DNA of 64,000 nucleotides from Myxococcota bacterium (lineage in GTDB: Bacteria; Myxococcota; JAJVIH01): contig JAJVIH010000013.1 of assembly GCA_022072125.1 (NCBI GenBank), positions 36,204-100,203 of the forward strand, read 5' to 3'. The notes under the pieces are model-generated. The model was not told where the DNA came from. It saw only the letters and a list, made by a program, of their open reading frames with translations, and made no database searches. The position numbers were made by a program, and so were the translations under genes. Below are positions 18,984 to 28,535 of the stretch, piece by piece (position 1 is the stretch's first letter; the number at the start of each line of letters is the position of its first letter).

Positions 18984-19937
18984 TTATTCATCCGCATCCA
19001 GAATATACATCTGCGGATTCACCGGAACGCCGTTGACCTCCACTTCATAGTGGAGATGGGGGCCGGTCGAACGCCCCGTATTGCCCAGATCGCCGATATG
19101 GTCGCCGCGTTTCACCTTGTCTCCCACATTGACGCGGATCATGGACAGGTGGGCGTACCGGGTCATGACGCCGAATCCATGATCAATGGCGATCATCTTG
19201 CCGTAGCCGGAATTGTAATCGGAATACATCACCACGCCGTCGGCGGATGAATAGACCGGCGTGCCAATGGCGCCCGCGACATCCAGGCCGGAATGCATGG
19301 TCACCTGCCCGGTGTAGGGATCGACACGGCGGCCAAATCCGCTGGTGATCCATCCCCTGGCGGGCAGGATGGAAGGGGTCGAGGCCAGCAGCGTCTGCTG
19401 GGTGCCCAGGTAGGCTTCCAGCATGCGCAGGCGGTTTTCGATGGTCAGGGCGTTTTTGCCCAAGGTCTTGATGGCGTCTTCCTGCTTGTCGAGCAATTCT
19501 TCCGGACGCTTGTTCTGAATGGTGGGGTTGATCTCATCCCCGTTGTTCGGAAGCTGCTTGCCGGCGGCGTCGCCGACGGGACCCATGGCGATCCGGCGTT
19601 CGGGATCATTCAGGCTGGTCATCGCCCGCAGCTTGGAATCGAAGCGCTGGATGCGGTCGAGGGTGCCATTCAGGTCCGCGAGTTGGTTTTCAAAGGAATG
19701 AATGCGCCCGGTCAGTTCAAAATTGCGTTCCCGGAGGACGGTGTTTTCCCGCAGTTTGTCGCGCATCTGGAAGTAATGAGCCCCCATCACCGTGGTGGAG
19801 GCCATGACCGCCAGGCCCAGGATCAATATGGTCAGCATCATGCCGCGCGTGATGGTGAATTTGCGCACCTTCGGGGAACTGCCCTGGGGCACAATCATCA
19901 CGGTGAACCGTGAGTGGGTCGCCTTGTTTCCCACCAT
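18984..19937 (-). CDS. M23 family metallopeptidase with N-terminal TM and coiled coil
   Basis: HSGLD, RYAHL and STGPHLHYEV Zn motifs. Start refined to ATG 19937 after a GGAGAG RBS. Confidence 0.92.
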   Translation of the reverse strand: MVGNKATHSRFTVMIVPQGSSPKVRKFTITRGMMLTILILGLAVMASTTVMGAHYFQMRDKLRENTVLRERNFELTGRIHSFENQLADLNGTLDRIQRFDSKLRAMTSLNDPERRIAMGPVGDAAGKQLPNNGDEINPTIQNKRPEELLDKQEDAIKTLGKNALTIENRLRMLEAYLGTQQTLLASTPSILPARGWITSGFGRRVDPYTGQVTMHSGLDVAGAIGTPVYSSADGVVMYSDYNSGYGKMIAIDHGFGVMTRYAHLSMIRVNVGDKVKRGDHIGDLGNTGRSTGPHLHYEVEVNGVPVNPQMYILDADE

Positions 19938-20422
19938 TATCTCTCCGCTTTCCACCTGCCCGGCGGACCAAGGGCCCCGCTGGTTTCCAGCGTGGGGAAA
20001 ATTCAAACAAGCCTAAAGTCCAGCCCGCTGCCGGATTGTGTTTCAGGACGCTACACCTGTACCTATAACAAGGCCACGTTAACGTGGGGGGCTTTGGGCC
20101 GTCAAGTGTCCCCGTTGTGTCTGTCAAATTTTTTCATCATTACAGGTGTCAACCGGTACGAGGCCCCGGCGGCGGATGAACCGGGCGCCGCCCGCGAATG
20201 GGGGAGAGGGTCATTCATGACTGGCGTGGAGGATGGAGTTTGCAATCGAGTTGATGATCCCGCGGGGCGGGGGGAAACCGCCATATGAATGGAGTCCCCG
20301 CTTGCCGCGTGTGGCGGCGGGGTGTATCCATCCTGCCGATGTTTTCCCCATTCAAGGTATTATTGATGTTTCAGGCGCGCGCCGCCATGCGCCAACCCGC
20401 GAATCCCGGGCCGCCCGCGCTC

Positions 20423-21574
20423 ATGTCCCGCCATCCCTGGATGGCGGGCGTGCTGGCGTTGATGGTTTTCGCCTGTTCGGCGTCCAGGCCGCAAGGCGGG
20501 CGGCCGGAAGACAAAAAAGACCTGGCGGAGACGCGGGGCGCCGGCCTTTCCACCGTGGTGGACCCGCAGGTATCGAAGGATTCGCCGCCGATCTCGCCGC
20601 CGGTGATTCCGGGCCGCGAAAGCCTGACCGCCGCCAGGCCCATGCTGCCGCAATTTGATCTGAAGTTCCGCAACGAGCCCACGCCGCAGGCGCCATTGCC
20701 CGCCAGCGAGTTATCTCCTTCTCTGCTGGATCAAAGCCTGGCCTCCTGCGAGAAGCGGGTTGGCGCGGCCTGCACCCTGGCCGGCGTTCTTTACCACCAT
20801 GGACCCGCACCGGCGAAGCCGGATCGCCGCCAGGCGCGCCGCTACTTTTCCCGCGGCTGTGAACTCAAGGACACCCTGGGATGTCTGGATCTGGGCCGCT
20901 ATCAACTCTTCGGCTGGGGCGGGGAAATCCGCGATCCAGCCGCCGCGCTGGCCCTGTTCCAGAAATCCTGCGCGGCTGGAAACGCCGACGCCTGCGCCGA
21001 GGTGGGGTTGATGCATGAACATGGCTGGGGCGGACTGAATCTGGATGAAAAACAGGCGGCGGACCTATACCAGAAATCCTGCGAGGCCGGTTCGCTGCTG
21101 GGCTGCGCCCGCCATGGCGCCATGCTGGCGATGGGACGCGGCGGCCTGCCCCGGCAGGTGGAGCGCGGCGTCGAATTGTTCCGCCGCGCCTGCAACGGCG
21201 GCGAGCCGCTGGGCTGCGCCAACCTGGGCGTGGCCTGCGCGCGCGGAGCCTGCGGAGAGGGCGAGGATGAATCCGCCGCCCGCGGACTCTATGAGCGATC
21301 CTGCAAACAGGGCGAGCCGCTGGGCTGCGCCAACCTTGCTGGTCTCTATTGGGAGGGTCATGGAGGACTGGAGAAAAACCCGGACAAGGCGGTGGAACTG
21401 CTGGAGAACGCCTGCGACCAGGGGTTGCTGCCCGCCTGCGCCAGCCTGGGAACGATTCTGCGCGAGGGGTTGGGAGGCATCGCCGCCAATCCCGGGCGCG
21501 CCGCCGCGCTGTTCCGCGACGCCTGCAACCTGGGCTATGCCCCGGCGTGCCAACTGCTGAAAGCCGCACCCTGA
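20423..21574 (+). CDS. Sel1-like repeat (Cys-rich, Hcp-type) putative lipoprotein
   Basis: Lipobox-like VFAC, a Pro-rich linker, then about seven 36-37 aa repeats A..LY.KSC..G...GC..LG. Start is uncertain; the ORF is open from 20285. Confidence 0.85.
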   Translation: MSRHPWMAGVLALMVFACSASRPQGGRPEDKKDLAETRGAGLSTVVDPQVSKDSPPISPPVIPGRESLTAARPMLPQFDLKFRNEPTPQAPLPASELSPSLLDQSLASCEKRVGAACTLAGVLYHHGPAPAKPDRRQARRYFSRGCELKDTLGCLDLGRYQLFGWGGEIRDPAAALALFQKSCAAGNADACAEVGLMHEHGWGGLNLDEKQAADLYQKSCEAGSLLGCARHGAMLAMGRGGLPRQVERGVELFRRACNGGEPLGCANLGVACARGACGEGEDESAARGLYERSCKQGEPLGCANLAGLYWEGHGGLEKNPDKAVELLENACDQGLLPACASLGTILREGLGGIAANPGRAAALFRDACNLGYAPACQLLKAAP

Positions 21575-21633
21575 AAGCGCGCCGGTCCGCCGCGCGTCAA
21601 TAGAGCGGAATCTGCGCTGTCTGATCGCCCCGA

Positions 21634-22113
21634 TCAGTCCACCGGGATGGCGGTGGATTCTCCAGGCATGGGTTTGCGGGGAGCCTGCACCTGGCCCAGG
21701 TTCCGGATATCCTCCGCCAGCTTGCCATCCCATTCCACCAGGCGGATTTCCTTCTCTTTCTTCTCCCACACCTGTTCGTAAATCGCGGTGTTGAGCTTGA
21801 TGCTGGGCAACAGGTACCAGGCGCATTCCACCCGCACCACGATTTTTCCATCCTCGCGTTCGCGCACTTCCTTGATCTCGTAACGGTCCACCGAAAGCGC
21901 CCGCTCGTCGCGCTCCAGCTTGTCGCCCAGTTCCTTGCGCAGATCATCGGCCATCATCATGCGGGCCGCCGCGAAGGACTTCCAGCGCAGGGCGTAATGA
22001 AACTGTTCCGCCGCCTGGCCAATGTCGCGTTTCGTGGAAGGAATGGCGTTGGCGCAGCCCATCGCCAGCGACAGCAGCAGTGCGGGAAGCAGCGTACGGA
22101 TTCGCATGGTCAT
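21634..22113 (-). CDS. Hypothetical lipoprotein
   Basis: Signal peptide plus lipobox LAMGC. ATGA overlap with the nadK stop codon. Confidence 0.7.
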   Translation of the reverse strand: MTMRIRTLLPALLLSLAMGCANAIPSTKRDIGQAAEQFHYALRWKSFAAARMMMADDLRKELGDKLERDERALSVDRYEIKEVREREDGKIVVRVECAWYLLPSIKLNTAIYEQVWEKKEKEIRLVEWDGKLAEDIRNLGQVQAPRKPMPGESTAIPVD

Positions 22114-23027
22114 CCCCATTTCAGTTTGGTCCGCAACATGCCGAAGTAATCGCGCCGGGGCGACTTGATCATGGTCAGGTGGTGCGGCGCGATTTCAACC
22201 TCCACGCGGTCTTCAAACCGCATGGTCTCGGCGTGCTGCCCGTCGAAGTTGAGCAGTACGTCCGTGTTGCGGGAGTTGAGGATCACGGTGACATGGCTGT
22301 CGTCCGCCACCACGATGGGACGGTTGGTGAGGGTGTGCGGACAAATCGGCGTCACCGTCATGGCGCGGTGGGTGGGGTAGACAATCGGCCCGCCCGCGCT
22401 GAGCGAATAGCCGGTGGAGCCGGTGGGTGTGGCGACAATCAGCCCGTCGGCCCGGTAGCGGGTGACGAAGGCGCCGTTGATCCGCAGTTCCATGTCCACC
22501 AGCCGGGCCTGCCGTCCCTTGGCGACATAGGCGTCGTTGATGACGTAAGTTTCCTTCACACACTGGCCTTCGCGCCACAGGCTGACGCGCAGCTTGACCC
22601 GCCGCTCGCTTTCGAACCCGCCGCGCACCACCATGTCAAGGGCGTTGTCTATGTCCCCGCTGCTCCATTCGGTGATGAATCCCAGGGTGCCCAGATTGAA
22701 CGCCAGCACGGGAATATCCCGCGCCCCGAGCAGTGAGACCGAATGGATGAGCGTGCCGTCGCCGCCCAGCACGATCATGACATCGGCGGTTTGCGCCACC
22801 TCGGCGTTGGGAAGCAGTTCCCAGCCCCAGTAACGGGATGTGTGCTCGTCGGCGAGGACGCGCCAGCCGCGGGCCGTGAGGGAGCGATGAATATGCGCCG
22901 CCCGATCAATGGCCCGTGGTTCGGAAGGCTTGGTGAAAACGCCGGCGCATGGCATGGCGGATCTGTCTAGCACGGCGTTCATGGCGCGGCAAAACGCCGG
23001 GTCATCGCACGGGGGGAGGGCGTCCAA
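22110..23027 (-). CDS. nadK: NAD(+) kinase
   Basis: Motifs GGDGT, NLGTLGF, NDAYV, ADGLIVATPTGSTGYSLSAGGP and TPICPH. True start may be slightly downstream (~22983). Confidence 0.95.
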   Translation of the reverse strand: MDALPPCDDPAFCRAMNAVLDRSAMPCAGVFTKPSEPRAIDRAAHIHRSLTARGWRVLADEHTSRYWGWELLPNAEVAQTADVMIVLGGDGTLIHSVSLLGARDIPVLAFNLGTLGFITEWSSGDIDNALDMVVRGGFESERRVKLRVSLWREGQCVKETYVINDAYVAKGRQARLVDMELRINGAFVTRYRADGLIVATPTGSTGYSLSAGGPIVYPTHRAMTVTPICPHTLTNRPIVVADDSHVTVILNSRNTDVLLNFDGQHAETMRFEDRVEVEIAPHHLTMIKSPRRDYFGMLRTKLKWG

Positions 23028-24555
23028 TCAGCATGCGCCCGGTCGCCGCCTGCCAGAAGGTTTGCGCCCGGTAGAAATCCAGTTCCGCGTCCACCACCTG
23101 TTCGGATGCGGCGGCGGCCTGCTCCTCGCGGATATTGACGATGAGCAAATGGCTGTTGCCGAGATTGAAACTGGTGCGTTCCGCCTCTTCAAGCTGATGG
23201 GCGACCACCCGGGTTTCGCGGGCGACATTCACGCGCGCCTTCGCCATCGTGAGGGCCGACCAGGCGTCGCGCACCTCGGCGGCGACGCCGTCGCGGGCGA
23301 AACGCAGTTCCTGCTCCAACTTGGACAGCTTGGCCTCGGCCACTTCGATTTTGCCCCGGGCCTTGCGGAAGGGAATGGGCGCTTCCACCATCAGACCGAC
23401 ATTGAACTCCGCGGGGTCGCGGGTGGGAGAACCGGGACCCATATCCTTGGACGCTTCGCCATACACATCAATCGAAGGCGCGAACTGGTTATCGGCGAAT
23501 TTCAACTCCACGGCCATGCGGTCGCGCTCCAGTTCAATGCGGCGAATCTCCGGCCGCGCCTTGAGCGCCTCTGGAATGACCAACTTTTCGACATCCTCCG
23601 CGGGCAACCGGGGTTCCGGAAAATCCGGGGGCAGAATGGTCAGCGACGGCGTGACCGGCTCTCCCTTTCCGTCGCGCCAGTACAGGGAGAGCGCGATGGC
23701 GGCCTTTTGAAATTTTCGCCCGGATGCGATGAGTTTCTCCCGCCGCGACAGGATGGCGCGCTGGTTGTCGGTATGCTCGATCTCCGCCAGATCGCCCTGC
23801 TTGACCCGTTCCAGAATGCCGGCGTCCCGTTCCTCCGCGATGCGCAGCAATTCCCGGGCGATCAGAAGTTTCTGGGCCGCCGCCACGAATTCCCAGTATT
23901 TTTCTCCCGCCAGCCGCAACACCGCCAGGCGCTTTTCATCAATTTCATACCGGGCCATTTCGACGCCCATTTCCGCCTGGCGCAGATCGGCGCGTTCGCG
24001 ATCAATGGGGCCGTTGCGCCATAGCGGGGTCATGAATCCGCCGCGCACCTCGCCGAAATCATTGGTCTCGTATTCCAGCTTGTAGGAAGGAAACTTTCCC
24101 AGCCCGCTGCGCCATCCGGCGAAGAAGCGCGTGCCCCACAGCGTGGTGGGCTGCTCCACGCTCAGGTCCATGGTTCCGTATTTGTAGAATCCGAAGGGAT
24201 TGTAATCCCATTTGCCCTTGGCCTTGAGATCAAATCCGCCTTCCGCGGCCAGTTGTTCTCCCTCGCGGATGGCCTGTTGTTGCAACGCCCCGATGATCGG
24301 CGGGTAATGCCGATCCGCCGAATCCAGGATTTTCTCGAAGGTGACAACGCCATCTCCGTTCCCCGGCGAGGAGATCACCAGGGGTGTCGCCGCAATCCCC
24401 CCGGATTGGGCGCGCGCGGTCTCCGGCGCCGCGCAGGCGACAAGCAGCATCAAACCAGCGAGGCCGGGACCCGCCAAAGGAAGCACGCCCCGTCCGGCCC
24501 CTGTCCAGGCCGCCCGGCGTTGCATCAATAAGGTGGAGAAAATGGATGCGCCCAT
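23002..24555 (-). CDS. TolC-family outer membrane efflux protein
   Basis: Signal peptide and OEP-like helical repeats (EALKARPEI, RFNLGNS-like ERTSFNLGNSHLLIVNIRE). Lies directly after the HlyD gene. Confidence 0.85.
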   Translation of the reverse strand: MGASIFSTLLMQRRAAWTGAGRGVLPLAGPGLAGLMLLVACAAPETARAQSGGIAATPLVISSPGNGDGVVTFEKILDSADRHYPPIIGALQQQAIREGEQLAAEGGFDLKAKGKWDYNPFGFYKYGTMDLSVEQPTTLWGTRFFAGWRSGLGKFPSYKLEYETNDFGEVRGGFMTPLWRNGPIDRERADLRQAEMGVEMARYEIDEKRLAVLRLAGEKYWEFVAAAQKLLIARELLRIAEERDAGILERVKQGDLAEIEHTDNQRAILSRREKLIASGRKFQKAAIALSLYWRDGKGEPVTPSLTILPPDFPEPRLPAEDVEKLVIPEALKARPEIRRIELERDRMAVELKFADNQFAPSIDVYGEASKDMGPGSPTRDPAEFNVGLMVEAPIPFRKARGKIEVAEAKLSKLEQELRFARDGVAAEVRDAWSALTMAKARVNVARETRVVAHQLEEAERTSFNLGNSHLLIVNIREEQAAAASEQVVDAELDFYRAQTFWQAATGRMLIGRPPPVR

Positions 24556-24576
24556 TTCACCACCCCCGCCCAGGAA

Positions 24577-25971
24577 TCATTTGCCGCCTTCCCTGGGCTG
24601 GAAGGGGTCGTCTTTTTTGCCGCCGCCTGGCTTCCCTGGTTTGTCTTCCTTGCCCGGCTCTTCCTGGGCGATCACGGGTGGGAACCCGTTGAACTGGCGC
24701 CAGAATTCATAACCCAGGGTGACTTCGTTGAGGAAGAACCATCCCCTGGCCCGCACGCCCTGGCGCAGATAGTTGCCGGAGGGCCAAGCGTCCCGATCAT
24801 CGCGGCTGGCGTCGGGAACCACCACCACGCGGAACTGCCCCCTGCCGTTGTCGTGGGAGTCCACGAAATCCACCTTTCCTCCGAAGGTGCCGACCGCCAC
24901 CGAAGGCCATCCGGTGAACTGGATGGCGGGCCACCCCTCGAACTGGATGCGTACGTGGCGCCCCTTGGAGAGCAGCGGCGCGTCATTGCCATCCACCCAC
25001 AACTCAACGGCGCGGGATTCGGTGTCCGGCACCAGGATGGCCAGATCATCGCCCGGCTTGAGCAACGAACCGCCTTCAAACGCGATGATGCGGAAGATGA
25101 CGCCGTCGCGTGGGGCGGTCACTTCCTGCGTGGACTGGCGGGCGAGCCGGATATCCATGCGCGCCAGTTCTCCCAGAATGGAAGCCTCGTCGGCGCGGGC
25201 CTTTTCTAGTTCGGCGCGGGCGTACTCGATTTTGGCCATGGCGTCGCCGGCGAATTTGGTCTGGTCGGCTTCCAGGGCCATCTGCTCGGCTTTGGCCGCG
25301 TTGACCTGGGCGCGTGCGCGATCCGCCTCGGTGCGCGTGCGCGCGTATTCGAGTTCGGCCAGTTCCACATTGCGGGCGGAGGTCAGGCCCTTTTCCATCA
25401 GGGCTTTCTGGCGCTCCAGGTTGAGTTTGGCGGTGGTGAAGGCGGCTTCGGCGGCGGTCAGGGCCTGCTGGGCGGCGGCGTACCGGTCGCGGGCCATGCT
25501 GACGCGGGCGGCGGCGGCGGTCAGTCCGAAGGTGCGCGACTGTTCATAGCTGGCGACCTGCGAGCTCATCGAGCGCATGCGTTCCTGGGCCGCCTTCAAA
25601 CGTGTTTCCAGGGTGGCGCGCTCGCGCTGGAGGCGATTCATGATCTCGGGGTCGTTGTCGGTGATGTCCACAATCTTGTCTCCCGCCTTGACCCGGCTGC
25701 CTTCCTGCACCAGCCAGCGGGTGACCCGGCCCTCGATGGGGGCCTGGATGACCTGTTGCCGCTCCACCTGGGCATAGGCGATCACGCGCCCCGAACCGCT
25801 GACGGTCTGCTGCCACGGGGCGAAGATCAACGCCAGCACGAACAGCAGGATAAACCCGGCGAAAAATCCGGCGAGAACCCGTGCGCTGCGCGGGGACTGC
25901 ACCATCCCCAGGGCGCTTATCCGCGGATTGCCGCTGAGCCAGATATTGGCGTCCTGATGAGAAGCGCTCAT
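24577..25971 (-). CDS. HlyD-family membrane fusion protein
   Basis: TM, PWQQTVSGSG, IQAPIEGRV..WLVQEG lipoyl half, long coiled coil, VTAPRDG and VRIQFEGWPAIQF. Confidence 0.9.
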   Translation of the reverse strand: MSASHQDANIWLSGNPRISALGMVQSPRSARVLAGFFAGFILLFVLALIFAPWQQTVSGSGRVIAYAQVERQQVIQAPIEGRVTRWLVQEGSRVKAGDKIVDITDNDPEIMNRLQRERATLETRLKAAQERMRSMSSQVASYEQSRTFGLTAAAARVSMARDRYAAAQQALTAAEAAFTTAKLNLERQKALMEKGLTSARNVELAELEYARTRTEADRARAQVNAAKAEQMALEADQTKFAGDAMAKIEYARAELEKARADEASILGELARMDIRLARQSTQEVTAPRDGVIFRIIAFEGGSLLKPGDDLAILVPDTESRAVELWVDGNDAPLLSKGRHVRIQFEGWPAIQFTGWPSVAVGTFGGKVDFVDSHDNGRGQFRVVVVPDASRDDRDAWPSGNYLRQGVRARGWFFLNEVTLGYEFWRQFNGFPPVIAQEEPGKEDKPGKPGGGKKDDPFQPREGGK

Positions 25972-25973
25972 GC

Positions 25974-28202
25974 TCACGCCTCCTTGCCCAGAATCAGTTG
26001 CCGCAGCGCCTTGTCGCTGCGCGTGTACTCGCGCAGACGCCCGTCGTTCAGCACGAAGATGCGCTCGAAATGCAGCGCCACGTCGGGGTGATTGGTCAGC
26101 ACCAGCAGGGTTGCGCTGTGCTCCGTTCCGCAAATGGCGGAGAGAATCCGCGCCCGGTTGACGATGTCCATGTCATCCAGGGTTCCGTCCAGCACCAGCA
26201 GGCGAGGCTGTTCGGCCAGCGCGCGCGCCAGCGACAATTTACGGACCTGCTGATCGGATAGGGGAGAGCCGTTGGCCCCCAGTCCGGTATGAATGCCATC
26301 GGGCAGCGCCTGCACTTCATCCAGCAGCCCCACCGCGTTCAGATAGTCGCGGATTTGCTGCGGGGTCACCCCCGGGCGGCCCAGGGATACGTTGTCGGCG
26401 ATGGCGCCATGGATGACTTCGCCACGCCGCACCAGCACCACATTCTTGCGCAGGCTTTCCAGGTGCAGGGCGCTGATCTCCACGCCATCGGCCTTCACGC
26501 GCCCATGGACCGGGCGGCGTATGCCGTACAGGATTTCCGCCAGCGTGGTTTTTCCCGAATTGCCGGGGCCGAACACCACCACATGCTGCCCCGGCAGGAT
26601 CCGCATGGAGATGCCGTGCAAAACCGTCTGGCCGCTCGCATGGGTGTAACTGACGTCTTCGAGTTCCAGTTCCAGCCCGCCCTCTCGCGAGGGAAGATAA
26701 TCTCCGGCGTTGCGTTCGAGCGGCAGGTCGAGGATATAACCCAGCTTGTCCACGCCGGCCACCAGATCGTAGTAGCTTTCAAGCTGTTTCCCGAACTTGC
26801 TGAACGCCGCCAGCACGGCCGCCAGGATCAGTTCGGAGGCGATGAGCTGGCCCAGCGTCAGTTGCCGGTCAATCACCAGCCAGCCGCCCAGGCTGAGCAG
26901 CAACACGTTTCCCAGCACTTGAAACGACAGCGAACCGATGATCTGCCGCAAGAGCACGCGGAAGGATCGCCTGCGGGCGGTGAGATAACGCCGCGCGACC
27001 GCGTCCGCACGGTTCATGGCGTAGTCCGCGCCCCCGCCCTGCTTGAACAGGATGGGCGCGCGGGCGATTTCCTCCAGCCAGGCCGCGGCCTCGTATTTCG
27101 CCACGGACTCCTCAATCTTCGTCCGTACGCCTCCAAAACCCAGGCCAAAAATCACAAAGCTGATGAAAAGAATCAGGAAAATTGCATACACCAGCAGCCA
27201 GGGATGGTACGCGGCCAGCAACACCAGCCCCACGCACGCCTGCAGCACCGTGGTCAGGCCATCCACCAGCAGCACCGCCGCCGCTTTCTGCACCGTCATC
27301 ACGTCAAAAAAGCGGTTCACCAGTTCGGGAACATAGGTCCGGCCCATGCTTTCCAGGTTCACCCGCGGCAAACGGAACGCCGCGTCCGCCACCATCCGCA
27401 CAAACAGGCGCCGCGAGAGGATCTCAATCACGTACATCTGCATGGCGCGCAGCGCGGCGGAAGCCGTCAATCCCAGCAGAAGCAGAAATCCAAGCACCAA
27501 CAAGGGCTGGAGCAGGGTGCCAAAGCCGACGGTATTGACGAACGACTGCACCACCACCGGCGTGACCAGGGTGAACAGGCCGATGGCCACCGAATATCCG
27601 GCGATGACCCAGACATCCTTGCGTTCGCTGCGAACCAGCGCCCACAGCCGCGCCAGCGGTGAGCCGTGCGGATGATAATCCCCCGGCTGCTCATGGCCCG
27701 TGGCGTGCGTTGCGATGGCCAGGCTGTTGGACATCCCTTGCATGGGAGCAATCGGCTCCGCTGCCGCCAGCCAGATCGCCGGATCTCCAGCCTCCGCCGC
27801 AAGCTGGTCCATGGGGAAGCGCCGGACCTCCACGCCATCCGGATTGAGCAGCCGGAAGATTTCCTCCCCCGGCTGCTTGAACAAAACCAACAGGCGCCGC
27901 TCCTCCACGATCAGGGAACACAAGGTCAACTGCCGGATGGCGGCGGGGGAAGTCTCCGCGCTCCAGCGCACCGGGGTGGCGTGCATGCCCAGCGCTTCCG
28001 CGGCGAGCAGCATCCGGTTGAGCCAGTCCGGACAATCACTTTCCCGGGTGGCCCAGACCTGGTTCAACACCGTGCGGGCGATGATCGGATTAAATTCCAG
28101 CCCAAGGGCCTGGCTCAGCAAATCCAGCGCCTGGAGGTGCGCCTGGAACTCCGGCCCATTTTCTCCGGCCCTGTCAACGCCCTGTTCCAGCGGCTCCCCC
28201 AT
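25974..28202 (-). CDS. Type I secretion-like ABC transporter (C39-like N-terminus, TMD, degenerate NBD)
   Basis: ABC membrane domain (ELVNRFFD, LTLGQLIASE) and Walker A GPGNSGKT. Signature is LSDQQ and Walker B is LLVLDG. Confidence 0.88.
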   Translation of the reverse strand: MGEPLEQGVDRAGENGPEFQAHLQALDLLSQALGLEFNPIIARTVLNQVWATRESDCPDWLNRMLLAAEALGMHATPVRWSAETSPAAIRQLTLCSLIVEERRLLVLFKQPGEEIFRLLNPDGVEVRRFPMDQLAAEAGDPAIWLAAAEPIAPMQGMSNSLAIATHATGHEQPGDYHPHGSPLARLWALVRSERKDVWVIAGYSVAIGLFTLVTPVVVQSFVNTVGFGTLLQPLLVLGFLLLLGLTASAALRAMQMYVIEILSRRLFVRMVADAAFRLPRVNLESMGRTYVPELVNRFFDVMTVQKAAAVLLVDGLTTVLQACVGLVLLAAYHPWLLVYAIFLILFISFVIFGLGFGGVRTKIEESVAKYEAAAWLEEIARAPILFKQGGGADYAMNRADAVARRYLTARRRSFRVLLRQIIGSLSFQVLGNVLLLSLGGWLVIDRQLTLGQLIASELILAAVLAAFSKFGKQLESYYDLVAGVDKLGYILDLPLERNAGDYLPSREGGLELELEDVSYTHASGQTVLHGISMRILPGQHVVVFGPGNSGKTTLAEILYGIRRPVHGRVKADGVEISALHLESLRKNVVLVRRGEVIHGAIADNVSLGRPGVTPQQIRDYLNAVGLLDEVQALPDGIHTGLGANGSPLSDQQVRKLSLARALAEQPRLLVLDGTLDDMDIVNRARILSAICGTEHSATLLVLTNHPDVALHFERIFVLNDGRLREYTRSDKALRQLILGKEA

Positions 28203-28535
28203 TGGTGACCCGGTCTCCTTCTGTTATCGGGATCTGGCGGTCCAGCCACGCCCGCGAGTTCATTTCATCGCGGCATGGCGTGGCGAATGGACACACCAGA
28301 CAGAGATAATCATCCCTGTTGCAGGAGCAATCTCACGTATAACCGGGATTTGAAAATTTTCCGGGCGAAAGGGCGCATCCGCCGTGGAACCCCGCCGGGA
28401 GACCCTTTCGTCCGCGCCGCCTGTCTGAGATTTCTCATGGCTGCTTGCAGGCGGGCAGGGCAGGCTCTCCATGGGAGACCCCGGAGGCGCGTCCTCCGGC
28501 ATTGCCGGCAAAGCCCGGGAAAAAGGGATAAGGCC

